From a virus: a DNA stretch of 64,000 nucleotides. The DNA lies in the IMG/VR virus record IMGVR_UViG_3300013004_000026, positions 1 through 64,000 of that record. One strand, given 5' to 3'. Below, in pieces: positions 18,221 to 27,620 of this stretch. The notes under the pieces are model-generated. The model was not told the DNA's origin, made no database searches, and was given only the letters and a program-made list of their open reading frames with translations. Every line of letters starts with the position of its first letter. Positions within the stretch are counted from its first letter, which is position 1. Position numbers and translations under genes: made by a program.

Positions 18221-20146
18221 TTACTTGTTGTCTTTGACTTCGGTGAACTGAGCATCTACCACTGTTTCATCATTGCCAGTTTTCTTGGCTTTGACTTCTT
18301 CGGCGTCAGCTGTTTGTTTTTCTGCTTCAGCTTGACCTACTAGATCAAACAAAGGCATACTCTTTGGCACAAATGCTTGTAACGCCTCGGTAATTTTATC
18401 TGGATCAGTTTCTGTTTTCAACAGCTCTTTGAGATCATGCAAGCCAGTTTTGATTGCTTCGCGTTGTTCATCTTGCAGTTTATCGCCGTGCTCTTTGAGA
18501 TTCTTTTCCACACCCCAGATCTGATGTTCGGCAGCATTCTTGGTTTCTGCAAGTTCTTTGGCTTTGGCATCTGTTTCTGCATTTGCTTCGGCATCCGCAA
18601 CCATTTTCTGTATTTCTTCTTCACTCAAACCTGAGTTGGCCTTGATTGTGATGTTGTTTTGCTTGCCTGTGTTTTTGTCCTTGGCACTAACCTTGAGAAT
18701 ACCATTGGCATCAATATCAAACGCCACTTCAATTTGTGGTGTACCGCGTGGTGCCGCTGGAATACCTTCTAGGTTAAACTCGCCCAGCAGTTTGTTATGC
18801 TGTGCCATTTCGCGTTCACCCTGGTATACTTTGATGGTTACTGCTGGTTGGTTGTCGTCCGCAGTTGAAAACACCTGTGTCTGTTTGGTTGGAATAGTTG
18901 TATTCTTGGTAACTACCTTGGCCATGATGCCACCTTGTGTTTCAATACCCAATGACAATGGTGTAACATCTAGTAGCAACACATCCTTCTTGTCTCCTGC
19001 TAACACAGCACCTTGAATGGCAGCACCTGCGGCAACTGCCTCGTCTGGATTAACATCCTTTCGTGGAGCCTTGCCAAAGAAACTTTCCACATAGCCTTGC
19101 ACCATGGGCATGCGAGTTTGTCCACCCACAAGTATGATGTCGTCGATGTCGGCAGCAACCAGCCCTGCATCCTTGAGAGCAGTACGACACGGCTCTATAC
19201 TGCGCTCAACCAGATCTGTCACAAGACTTTCAAGTTTGCTACGACTTAGTTTAATAGCCATGTGTTTTGGCCCACTGGCGTCAGCAGTGATATATGGCAA
19301 ATTAATCTCAGTTTGCGCACTTGACGAAAGTTCAATTTTTGCCTTCTCGGCTGCATCCTTGAGTCGTTGTAGTGCCAAAGTATCCTTGGCAAGGTCTGTA
19401 CCTGACTCACGCTTGAATTCGTCGACCAGGAAGTCCATAATGCGTTGATCAAAGTCTTCACCGCCTAGGAATGTATCACCATTGGTGGCAAGCACTTCAA
19501 ACTGTTTGTCACCATCAATGTTGGCAATTTCAATGATTGAAATATCAAAGGTACCACCGCCTAGGTCGTACACAGCAACCTTGGCGTCTTTCTTTGTGGC
19601 CTTGTCCATACCATAGGCCAGTGCAGCCGCAGTGGGCTCATTGATAATGCGCTTGACATCTAGACCTGCAATCTTACCTGCATCCTTGGTTGCTTGACGC
19701 TGGCTGTCATTGAAGTAAGCAGGCACCGTGATCACAGCTTCTGTGACTTCGTGGCCAAGATAGGCTTCTGCTGTTTGCTTCATCTTGCGCAGGACTTCAG
19801 CAGAGATTTGCGGTGGTGCTAGGTCTTCGTTGTTTGCATTGATCCATGCATCGCCATTCTTGGCTTCAACAATTTTGAAAGGCATCATGTTGATGTCTTT
19901 TTGCACAGCTTCTTCTTTGAATTTACGACCAATCAGGCGCTTGGCAGCGTAGATGGTGTTCTTTGAATTGGTCACTGCCTGGCGCTTGGCACTGGCACCC
20001 ACCAGTATTTCATCGTTGGCATAGGCCACGATACTAGGTGTAGTACGGGCGCCTTCTGAGTTTTCAATTACTTTGGGTTTGTCGCCTTCCATTACGGCGA
20101 CGCAAGAGTTGGTGGTACCTAGGTCGATACCTATGATTTTGGCCAT
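18221..20146 (-). CDS. dnaK: Hsp70 chaperone DnaK
   Basis: [40 protein letters not shown]; full length 641 aa. Confidence 0.97.
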   Translation of the reverse strand: MAKIIGIDLGTTNSCVAVMEGDKPKVIENSEGARTTPSIVAYANDEILVGASAKRQAVTNSKNTIYAAKRLIGRKFKEEAVQKDINMMPFKIVEAKNGDAWINANNEDLAPPQISAEVLRKMKQTAEAYLGHEVTEAVITVPAYFNDSQRQATKDAGKIAGLDVKRIINEPTAAALAYGMDKATKKDAKVAVYDLGGGTFDISIIEIANIDGDKQFEVLATNGDTFLGGEDFDQRIMDFLVDEFKRESGTDLAKDTLALQRLKDAAEKAKIELSSSAQTEINLPYITADASGPKHMAIKLSRSKLESLVTDLVERSIEPCRTALKDAGLVAADIDDIILVGGQTRMPMVQGYVESFFGKAPRKDVNPDEAVAAGAAIQGAVLAGDKKDVLLLDVTPLSLGIETQGGIMAKVVTKNTTIPTKQTQVFSTADDNQPAVTIKVYQGEREMAQHNKLLGEFNLEGIPAAPRGTPQIEVAFDIDANGILKVSAKDKNTGKQNNITIKANSGLSEEEIQKMVADAEANAETDAKAKELAETKNAAEHQIWGVEKNLKEHGDKLQDEQREAIKTGLHDLKELLKTETDPDKITEALQAFVPKSMPLFDLVGQAEAEKQTADAEEVKAKKTGNDETVVDAQFTEVKDNK

Positions 20147-20170
20147 TTTTTATCTCCTTAAACAAATGGT

Positions 20171-20211
20171 TTTGCATGTGGGCCCCGAGGGCACCCACAT
20201 GCAAATATTTA
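20171..20211 (-). promoter_or_regulatory. Late promoter fused to a long hairpin upstream of dnaK
   Basis: TAAATA 20206-20211 immediately followed by 12-bp stem TTTGCATGTGGG/CCCACATGCAAA. Confidence 0.65.
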
Positions 20212-20237
20212 TACCAAGTTTAACAGATAACCGCAAA

Positions 20238-20525
20238 TTAAGCAATATCTTTTGGACCTCTTGACTTCGTTGAAGGATGTTCTTGTATCCAACGAAGTAC
20301 CAGGGCTTCACTACCCCAACTGCCCTGTGGAGCCTGCATAAAAATCCAGCCGGTGATGTCCTTGAGTGCGGGCAAATTTTGTGCGTCAGCACGACCCACA
20401 GCACCAAAAAGATCGTTGCTGAGTACAGCATGCAAGAATCCGCCCACAGGAATACCACGCTCAATATAGTCTGTCAGCGCAGTTTGTGTATGATTGGGAA
20501 CATGATAACCACTAAAATCAAGCAT
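20238..20525 (-). CDS. Early hypothetical protein
   Basis: GGFLHAVLSNDLFGAVGRAD; overlaps upstream stop. Confidence 0.7.
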   Translation of the reverse strand: MLDFSGYHVPNHTQTALTDYIERGIPVGGFLHAVLSNDLFGAVGRADAQNLPALKDITGWIFMQAPQGSWGSEALVLRWIQEHPSTKSRGPKDIA

Positions 20526-20910
20526 TGATAGCCTCTTTGTTGATGGTAAAACGATACATGGGTTCTACTTCGCGCAGGAATTCTGGGCCCACATCCATGC
20601 TCACAAAGTTGTAGCCTTGCATGCCCTGCTCACTGTAGTTGATGTCGTTCACAGCGTTGCGAGTAAAACCCAACGAGCGCATGAGCGCACGGAACTCGTT
20701 GATCCAGATACCATCTGTGTAGATTAAACCGTCCTGATTGCAGTTCCAGGTTTTGGTGTCAAATCTTGCACACAGTTCGCCAAAATCACCCTCGTCATTG
20801 ACATTGCGTAACGATACCTCAAGGATGGTAACAGCCTTGGCCGCATTGCTCCACAGACCGTTTACATCACCAGTGTGAGTTTGCCAATGTACTTTTTTTT
20901 CAAATTCCAT
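20518..20910 (-). CDS. Early hypothetical protein
   Basis: GLIYTD...YSEQGMQG..VSMDV. Confidence 0.7.
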   Translation of the reverse strand: MEFEKKVHWQTHTGDVNGLWSNAAKAVTILEVSLRNVNDEGDFGELCARFDTKTWNCNQDGLIYTDGIWINEFRALMRSLGFTRNAVNDINYSEQGMQGYNFVSMDVGPEFLREVEPMYRFTINKEAINA

Positions 20911-20915
20911 TACTA

Positions 20916-21602
20916 TTAAACCCTTTTTACAAAATTCAGTTGGGTGGTCTTAGCACCATTGTGATACTGGCTGACTTCGGTGCGCTTGACCTTGCCCTGT
21001 ATGCGCCCGCTGACTGCCAAATTTTGATGCGCGGTCAAGAAGCTGACCATGTTGCCGCAGCCGTCATGCCCAGTTACACTGTAACAATTATACTGCTGAA
21101 GGTATCTGCTGTCAATCAGGGCAAAGTCCAATTGGATTTTTTCGCCCACACGGCCCAGGTATTCGCTGGTACTGGCCAGTCCAATTTTGGCTTCATCTTT
21201 TTCCTGGCGCTCTAGCATGCCAGCATAGGTCTTGGGCACAAACGCAACCAAGCCGCAGTCACGTTGGGTGCAAGTGGGCTGGCTGATGGCTTCGCTGAGT
21301 GAAAATATGAAATCGCTCACACGACGGTCTGCCAGCTTCTTGATCAGCACATCTCCCTGGATTGCAGTGATGGCAGCATCTGCTTGAGCACGGTCTTCGT
21401 CTGTGGGTACCAGTTCTGGATTGCTACCAGGCTCAAAGGCAAAACTGTTGAACATCAGCGTCTTGTTTGGCACCACTTCGACAACCGCGTCCTTTTCGGT
21501 GTCAAAGAACGAGGTGTCTTTGTACATGGCGCCGTTCACACGCTGAGCCGCAAAGGCCAGGGCAACCAGTTCGCGAGATTCAATCTTGTAGGTCTTGGCC
21601 AT
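20916..21602 (-). CDS. Early protein with possible C-terminal OB fold
   Basis: SEYLGRVGEKI...GKVK...TTQLNFVK beta pattern; start uncertain (21602/21608). Confidence 0.55.
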   Translation of the reverse strand: MAKTYKIESRELVALAFAAQRVNGAMYKDTSFFDTEKDAVVEVVPNKTLMFNSFAFEPGSNPELVPTDEDRAQADAAITAIQGDVLIKKLADRRVSDFIFSLSEAISQPTCTQRDCGLVAFVPKTYAGMLERQEKDEAKIGLASTSEYLGRVGEKIQLDFALIDSRYLQQYNCYSVTGHDGCGNMVSFLTAHQNLAVSGRIQGKVKRTEVSQYHNGAKTTQLNFVKRV

Positions 21603-21619
21603 GTTCATGTGCTCCAATG

Positions 21620-21775
21620 TTAATCAGTAAAACTAAGTTCTTCAAAAACTTCTTCAACATCATCATAGCTTACCTGTAACTCACAGGCAATGTAGTCTAT
21701 GGTTTCTTCGCTGAAGCCAGTTGGGTCACCTATTTGTTCGGCTAGGGTCAAAACCTGTTTGGCAAATTTTGTCAT
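21620..21775 (-). CDS. Small acidic protein (51 aa), not in ORF track
   Basis: MTKFAKQVLTLAEQIGDP...EEVFEELSFTD fills the gap between genes. Confidence 0.6.
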   Translation of the reverse strand: MTKFAKQVLTLAEQIGDPTGFSEETIDYIACELQVSYDDVEEVFEELSFTD

Positions 21776-21777
21776 GA

Positions 21778-22041
21778 TTACATGCTCCAATAAGTTTCGC
21801 TCGAAGGTGAGCAGTAGTAGGGACGGTCATAACGCTCTTGGAACTCCTGCCCACTCATTAAGTTAGTCTTGGTCACAAAGGTTTTGTGGATTTCGTAACG
21901 ATAGCCATCACGCTTGAGCCAGGTGTGTTTGACAGTGTGCTCCAGCATGCTGAGGTTGTTGGTGTCGTAGTCCTGCTTGAGCACCTGACGCTCGCCTGAC
22001 TTCTTGCGCTTGTCTGCTTTGTAGATTTCAACGGTGTACAT
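21778..22041 (-). CDS. Early hypothetical protein
   Basis: NLMSG...PYYCSPSSETYWSM; TAATG coupling. Confidence 0.7.
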   Translation of the reverse strand: MYTVEIYKADKRKKSGERQVLKQDYDTNNLSMLEHTVKHTWLKRDGYRYEIHKTFVTKTNLMSGQEFQERYDRPYYCSPSSETYWSM

Positions 22042-22310
22042 TATTTGTTCTCCATAACATAAGTAAACAACACAAATTTGGCACGGTTCAGCAGTTGACG
22101 CTGATCTTCAATGGTGTTGAAATCGGGCTGTTCGTATGCCATCATCTCTTGTGCATCCGACATCATGCTGGCGGCTATCATAGCAGGACCGCTGAGCTTG
22201 AATGTAATGCTGGACTCTACTGCTTCGCGCATTTGCGCTTCAGTGCATCCGTACATGCGCACTTCGCGCTTTTGTTGCTCGGTGAGTGCATCGTATGTTG
22301 CTGTGGACAT
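22041..22310 (-). CDS. Early hypothetical protein
   Basis: AAGGAG RBS before MSTATY; first gene after the sigma70 promoter. Confidence 0.7.
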   Translation of the reverse strand: MSTATYDALTEQQKREVRMYGCTEAQMREAVESSITFKLSGPAMIAASMMSDAQEMMAYEQPDFNTIEDQRQLLNRAKFVLFTYVMENK

Positions 22311-22340
22311 TTTGGGCTCCTTATTAATCACTATGCCACT

Positions 22341-22369
22341 AGTATAGCAAAATGGACCAATACGGTCAA
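22341..22369 (-). promoter_or_regulatory. Strong early sigma70-type promoter
   Basis: TTGACC-17 nt-TATACT with extended -10 TG; A/T-rich upstream. Confidence 0.8.
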
Positions 22370-22455
22370 CCGTTTTTGCAGCAATTTCAGATGCTGTAAG
22401 TGCTTGATTTTACAGGGTTTTTTGTTGCAAAAATAGCAAAATCAGCTAAAAAGTG

Positions 22456-22695
22456 TTACTTTTTTAGCACTACCCGCTGATTCAGGGCACCAATATAGTC
22501 TGCTTGTGCCTGCACTTTGCGTTCTAACTTACGCACCTGATCCTGCAAATGCGTGATTTGTTGTGCTACTGTTTCGTTGGTTGTTTTAATTCCACGAATT
22601 TCTTTGTCATGCGAAAACAAATTAGGGCGTGGAATATTAGGATCCATCACCCGCTTTTTCTTTGCCTTCATGGCTTTAAGAAACTTTGGATTCAT
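22456..22695 (-). CDS. Basic coiled-coil protein (leaderless late gene)
   Basis: TAAATA-CTGT-ATG; MNPKFLKAMKAKKKR... Confidence 0.65.
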   Translation of the reverse strand: MNPKFLKAMKAKKKRVMDPNIPRPNLFSHDKEIRGIKTTNETVAQQITHLQDQVRKLERKVQAQADYIGALNQRVVLKK

Positions 22696-22702
22696 ACAGT
22701 AT

Positions 22703-23404
22703 TTATGCTCTTGTGCGTGGCGGCTGTCCGCCTTCAGGGAAGTCTTGCAAATCCAAAATAGATTCTCTTCCTTGTCCAAAAAATCTGCCGTTGTAAATTT
22801 CGCCGGCTTTTACCTTCCAACGATATTTTCCGTCCACTAAATCGTAGGCCATGCGACTGGGATATTCTGACGCCGAATCTTTGTTCTTGACAAACACTGC
22901 CACAAAATCATTCCATGCGCTGTCATCGTCACCTTTTTTGCTGAACCAGCTTTCTAAAAAAGCCACATTGAGTCCATTGCGAGCTGCCCAAGTGACCAAT
23001 GCTTCGGCTGCGTCCGGATAAAAACGCCAGCAATCCACTGGATGGCGGTGAAAAGCACCATTGCTGGGCACATTGAGATAAAACAATCCATTGGGTTTGA
23101 GTATGCGCATGATGTCCAAGAACAGCACCCAGAACATTTCGCTGTGCTCAAACACACTGCTGGCTGTGACGATGTCGACTTTTTCGTCATGCACAGGCAC
23201 AACATAGGGATCCAACATGACCAGATCTACATTTTTACCTGACTCGAAATCTATGCCCACATAATTGAATCGAGTTGGACACACATCTTTGATGCTGCCA
23301 TTGATATCCATGCTGCCTACATCTACCACAATGGCGCCATCGGGCATGGCAGTTGAATAGGTGTCAAAGAACTTTTTGGCATTGGTGAGAGCAGAGCTGT
23401 GCAT
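22703..23404 (-). CDS. SAM-dependent methyltransferase (type 11-like)
   Basis: VVDVGSMDINGS, VFEHSE, RILKPNG, H..PVDCWRF. Confidence 0.85.
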   Translation of the reverse strand: MHSSALTNAKKFFDTYSTAMPDGAIVVDVGSMDINGSIKDVCPTRFNYVGIDFESGKNVDLVMLDPYVVPVHDEKVDIVTASSVFEHSEMFWVLFLDIMRILKPNGLFYLNVPSNGAFHRHPVDCWRFYPDAAEALVTWAARNGLNVAFLESWFSKKGDDDSAWNDFVAVFVKNKDSASEYPSRMAYDLVDGKYRWKVKAGEIYNGRFFGQGRESILDLQDFPEGGQPPRTRA

Positions 23405-23406
23405 GT

Positions 23407-23727
23407 TTATAGATAATATTTGTCGTTGGGCACACTGGGAACTTTCACAGCCACAGTGTCTGTTTGTTCTAGAAATTCTACCTGGCAAAGATCACCAGGT
23501 TCAAACATGAATATGTCCCCGGCCTCATATATCTGACCATTGACCAATATGCGTCCTCGCGTGACCAATTGTATTTCATGTACCACCTTGTGATAGTGGC
23601 TGGTGGCATGACCAGGTTCGTTGGTCTGCCAGTTCACTTCAAAATCTTTAGTACGCCATACAGCCTCAGGGAAATCTCCTATGAACCAGCCGCGGGCGCC
23701 AGTTTCACTTAGTTTCCAGTTCTTCAT
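23407..23727 (-). CDS. Cupin (RmlC-like) protein
   Basis: RGWFIGDF, HYHK...E, GDIF..EPG; start MKNWKL. Confidence 0.7.
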   Translation of the reverse strand: MKNWKLSETGARGWFIGDFPEAVWRTKDFEVNWQTNEPGHATSHYHKVVHEIQLVTRGRILVNGQIYEAGDIFMFEPGDLCQVEFLEQTDTVAVKVPSVPNDKYYL

Positions 23728-24109
23728 ATTTTGCTTCCGTGATATTATCATCTGTGGGTATGGCAGATAATTCTTGTTCAATTTCTTTGGCCATTTGATC
23801 AAGATAGTCTGGATGCAGTTGTCCCATTACTGGAATCAAATATTTGTTGTAATTGTTAAAATAGTATCTAAAAATTTCATCAAAGGTTCGTTCAGTTTTG
23901 AAAGTATTACGATCAATACGCAAGTTGCTTAGATCTAAAATTACATTGGCTGAATCCATGTCTCTTTTTTTAACTCCGCGAGTTATCTCAATCTTTTCAT
24001 CATACCTGATGTTTGCAGGATCATCCTTCCATCCTTTTTTGCTGGTATTAACATGATCCTTGGGTTTCATGATATAGGTTGCAACCAGATAAATGCTTTT
24101 TTCTTTCAT
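23705..24109 (-). CDS. Hypothetical protein
   Basis: Start MKEKSIYL with ATGA overlap. Confidence 0.65.
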   Translation of the reverse strand: MKEKSIYLVATYIMKPKDHVNTSKKGWKDDPANIRYDEKIEITRGVKKRDMDSANVILDLSNLRIDRNTFKTERTFDEIFRYYFNNYNKYLIPVMGQLHPDYLDQMAKEIEQELSAIPTDDNITEAKYEELETK

Positions 24110-25194
24110 GATATTCTCCTCTGATATTTTTGCATGATGCTTGTGTATTTTTCCATGGTCTGTGCTTTGGGCGCACACAATCCACACCAGCAACTATGCT
24201 TCTTGCACTGAATAACAGGTAGCGAATTGTTTTGTAACTGTGTTTTTAATTTATCCAGTAACTGTGTAGACTCGCTTAGATTTCCAATTGGTCCCACGGA
24301 GCCGTCAAAGTTCATCATACAATCTTTGTTGACAAACACTTCTCCGTTGACTTGTTTAACATATACAAAGAACCAATTGACTGAACAATACCAGTCTGGA
24401 AATTTATTGTAAACAAACGACACAGATTGTTTATAGTTTTCGTCATGAAACAATTGCCTGCTTCCGCAACAGGCCCTGCCTTGCTCACTTACATCTGTGC
24501 TAGCAGCCGGAGAGATATCTGTGTTGTACAGTTGATTAAGCCAAATAACCTGTTTGGGGTCATAGTTAAACTGTGGCCATTCTTTGGGATGGTCAATGGC
24601 CTTGGGTTGACAGGCAATTTCATGTTCTTGACACCACTGTACCTGCTGTTGAGCGTCTTCGAAATATTGAGGATGCATTAGTACCACACACTTTATTGCT
24701 CGACCGCTGTTTTTTATAACAAGTAGATTGTTTCTAAATTGTTGTTTGTGTTTATCAGTTGACTCTGGATGATAGCTCACAGTAAACTGATCAATCAACG
24801 GCAGCAACGACTGTAACTTTTTTTCGCTAATAATAGCATTGGTGGTAGTGGTAATGGTAATTGGCCATGCGTAATCTTGATGCTTTTGTTTTGCAGCCTC
24901 AAGGATGCTTACTATGTGGGGATGATGGAGAGCTTCGCCGCCATACACATTCAAAACTACTTTTTGTAAACCTCGTGTCTTGTATGCCAAATATGCATCA
25001 GCATACGCATACATGAAATCAATGGTGTTAAGACAATCTTGTAAGGGTGGATGCGCAGTGGTATTATCATGCCCGCCATACAATCCAGTGCCACAATACG
25101 AACAGTCTAGATTACACTTCATGGTAAGCTCCCAGTCTAATAAAAAACTAGGAGCATGACCCGGCTGGGCAAGAGGCTCTAAACAAACCGGCAT
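24106..25194 (-). CDS. Radical SAM protein with Cys-rich C-terminal (auxiliary cluster) region
   Basis: CNLDCSYC, GGEA, TTN, SYH; C-terminal CKKHSCWCGLC. Confidence 0.85.
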   Translation of the reverse strand: MPVCLEPLAQPGHAPSFLLDWELTMKCNLDCSYCGTGLYGGHDNTTAHPPLQDCLNTIDFMYAYADAYLAYKTRGLQKVVLNVYGGEALHHPHIVSILEAAKQKHQDYAWPITITTTTNAIISEKKLQSLLPLIDQFTVSYHPESTDKHKQQFRNNLLVIKNSGRAIKCVVLMHPQYFEDAQQQVQWCQEHEIACQPKAIDHPKEWPQFNYDPKQVIWLNQLYNTDISPAASTDVSEQGRACCGSRQLFHDENYKQSVSFVYNKFPDWYCSVNWFFVYVKQVNGEVFVNKDCMMNFDGSVGPIGNLSESTQLLDKLKTQLQNNSLPVIQCKKHSCWCGLCAPKAQTMEKYTSIMQKYQRRIS

Positions 25195-26111
25195 TAGATC
25201 TGTGACAGTTCAATAATGGTTGCGCTGAGATTGATCTCAGGGTCGGCACAACTCACATGATTCACAAGACCTGTACGAATGATCTTGATTGCTTCGTCTT
25301 GTTTCTCGTGCGTGGTACCCCATAAAGTGATGTTGTCATACATCCATCGAAAGATATCTTCCATTTCTTCTGGTGCTGCTTGTGAACATAACAACACACG
25401 AGCTTCACGAATTTTGCCAGCTTTGAACAATTCAACAGCATCCAGTTTCCAGTCCCCAACTGCTTTATCGCCCTCGCGAGGCTTGTTCAGATGTCCGTCG
25501 TTGCTGTTTAATTGCACAAGATTCAAACATTTACGCAGATCTGGATATGTTGCTTTGACATAGCTGTCCAAGGTATCCAGATCAAATTCTATGCCTTCAC
25601 TAACCAACACAGTGGCCACTCGTGCAGTAAACTCTGTGTGATCCTGTTTGGCAATGTGGAAACCTTGGCAACGACTGTGCAGTGCTGGGATTATCTTGTG
25701 CGGTGCGTTACAAGTAAAAATAAATCGCACACTGGCATGATATGTTTCCATAGCATTGCGCAACAGTGCCTGGCTGTTTTGACTAAGATAATCTGCTTCG
25801 TCCAATAGAATTATCTTAAACTCACCAAACGGCATGGTGCTGGCAAATCCCAGCACCTTGTCTCTCATGGTCTCAACCTTGGTTTCGTTGCTTGCATTTA
25901 CCTGCAACACATCATACTCGTCCACTTTAAGTTCGTGAATTAACATACGAGCTAGTGTGGTTTTACCGGTACCGGGGCCGCCACTGAGTAAGAGATGTGG
26001 GATGTGGCCTTCCTTGATCCATTGTACAACTTGTTCTCGTTGATTGTTGTCAATGAACACATACTCTTTTACGGTACAAGGACGATATTTTTCAACCCAT
26101 AGTTCTTTCAT
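25194..26111 (-). CDS. Sliding-clamp loader subunit (RFC small / T4 gp44-like)
   Basis: LWVEKYRP, GPGTGKT, NAS, DEAD, SRC. Confidence 0.92.
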   Translation of the reverse strand: MKELWVEKYRPCTVKEYVFIDNNQREQVVQWIKEGHIPHLLLSGGPGTGKTTLARMLIHELKVDEYDVLQVNASNETKVETMRDKVLGFASTMPFGEFKIILLDEADYLSQNSQALLRNAMETYHASVRFIFTCNAPHKIIPALHSRCQGFHIAKQDHTEFTARVATVLVSEGIEFDLDTLDSYVKATYPDLRKCLNLVQLNSNDGHLNKPREGDKAVGDWKLDAVELFKAGKIREARVLLCSQAAPEEMEDIFRWMYDNITLWGTTHEKQDEAIKIIRTGLVNHVSCADPEINLSATIIELSQI

Positions 26112-26506
26112 TTTTTCTCAACCTTGGCTTCTTCGTACACCACTCGGCGCACAACATTTTTTGATTCTTCTGATTTGTCAAACACAGGTTCTTGCCCTGG
26201 CTCATCCTGATGTTGATAATTTTTGCCAAACCAACTGCCTGTGAACAATTCTATCAAGCACCGCAGCGGCCATGCAACGACCACCAGTGTGGCAACCAGT
26301 AGTACGCCAACAAAGTGTACTGTTTGAACATACACATTAAAAATCAACTCCATGAGCATGCGCCAGAAGCCCATCATTTCGGTGTAGCTAAATTCTGATT
26401 CTTCGCCGCGATCAAAACTGCGAATATGCGCAACCAACGCAGTGCTTAGATGTTCGTTTTTGGTTTTGAGAATATCAAGCAAGCCTCGATAAAGACGAGC
26501 CGTCAT
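26108..26506 (-). CDS. Hypothetical membrane protein
   Basis: One TM segment; start MTARLY with ATGA overlap. Confidence 0.55.
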   Translation of the reverse strand: MTARLYRGLLDILKTKNEHLSTALVAHIRSFDRGEESEFSYTEMMGFWRMLMELIFNVYVQTVHFVGVLLVATLVVVAWPLRCLIELFTGSWFGKNYQHQDEPGQEPVFDKSEESKNVVRRVVYEEAKVEKK

Positions 26507-26745
26507 GTGGCTGCGTTTTTTGGCTTCCTCTTTAAGATTTGAATCATCCGTTCCTGTTCCCATTTGTCTTCTCCATCAAAGATTGGTAAACTATCATAGT
26601 TGTCCTCTAACCAGCATTTTAACTGATATAGCTCTTGCTTGCAAGCTATTCCGGTGAAACCATCGTTGTACGGAGAATTTATTTCTAACAGACTTGTACG
26701 GATAGCTGCGTAAGCATCCTCAAGGCTGGGCTTTCGGAATCCCAT
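26503..26745 (-). CDS. Hypothetical protein
   Basis: Start MGFRKP; SPYNDGFTG. Confidence 0.6.
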   Translation of the reverse strand: MGFRKPSLEDAYAAIRTSLLEINSPYNDGFTGIACKQELYQLKCWLEDNYDSLPIFDGEDKWEQERMIQILKRKPKNAAT

Positions 26746-26749
26746 TTGG

Positions 26750-27169
26750 TTATCTTGTTTTGCTATGTGCCTGGACGGCAGAGCTAATGGTATCATCGGC
26801 GTCTGGTGCGTGGTCACTTACAAAAATGATACAGTTTGGGTCAACTCGCCTTAAGGTGAATTGCTCATTATCAATTTCAACCTCAATGCCTCGACTCCAG
26901 CGACCGTGTTCTACCAAGATCCATTGTCCTGGAACAACATCTTGTTGTTCTGGACCAACTTCATATACCTGCGCCCAGCGCGGACGAATACCGGTGGTAG
27001 TGGCATCGTCTCCTAACAACACTATACCACTGGAAAGAGTTCTACCACTAAAATTCATGTCCTTGATCAAGACATTGTTGCCCAATGGGCGAAGTTTTTC
27101 TATGTGATGAGTATGTCGATAACTTCCTTGTGTGGGAAATAATCCTTGTCCAATTGGTAATTCGCTCAT
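26750..27169 (-). CDS. groES: GroES-like co-chaperonin
   Basis: LRPLGNNVLI, TLSSGIVL mobile loop, VYEVGP, V..G. Confidence 0.8.
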   Translation of the reverse strand: MSELPIGQGLFPTQGSYRHTHHIEKLRPLGNNVLIKDMNFSGRTLSSGIVLLGDDATTTGIRPRWAQVYEVGPEQQDVVPGQWILVEHGRWSRGIEVEIDNEQFTLRRVDPNCIIFVSDHAPDADDTISSAVQAHSKTR

Positions 27170-27598
27170 TTAGATCCTCGACGGTCCGTTGCCATTGTTC
27201 TTTTTTGGTTGAAGAAGTTTTTGTTCAACCTTGGTACTCTTGGCCACTGCGTCTGCAAGTGCACCGCGCATTTTTGGTTGCTCAATTTCATCCATGGTTT
27301 GATCTTGCTCTAGTATTTCGTCTGGAATGCCAGTATTCACAGGTGGCACATTTGCTCTGGCATTTTGAGCATCTTCTCGTTGCTGCTCTACTCGTTCTTT
27401 GGTGTACACAGCATTGGTATTGTAGTATTCTTTCATCACTTGTTCGCGTGTGCGTACCACAATACCGCCCGGACCAAGTTCGTCGCCGCGGGCATTGGTT
27501 TTCATATTGCCCACAGCCACTGACTGTTCGTTGCGCACTCTAAGCGCATCCAAATCAATGGGTTTGCCTTGTGCTGTTCTATAAATTTGTTTTGCCAT
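27170..27598 (-). CDS. Conserved phage hypothetical protein
   Basis: YRTAQGK, AVGNMKTNARGDELG; AGGAG RBS, TAAATA upstream. Confidence 0.7.
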   Translation of the reverse strand: MAKQIYRTAQGKPIDLDALRVRNEQSVAVGNMKTNARGDELGPGGIVVRTREQVMKEYYNTNAVYTKERVEQQREDAQNARANVPPVNTGIPDEILEQDQTMDEIEQPKMRGALADAVAKSTKVEQKLLQPKKNNGNGPSRI

Positions 27599-27620
27599 TT
27601 TATTCTCCTAAGGTAGATAT

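Noticed and set aside
8091-20146. Bacterial chromosome origin suggested by dnaK/dnaJ/clpA/phoH
   Set aside because: These genes are interleaved with lysis, tail and clamp-loader genes and driven by phage-type TAAATA boxes; no bacterial operon context (no grpE, clpS)
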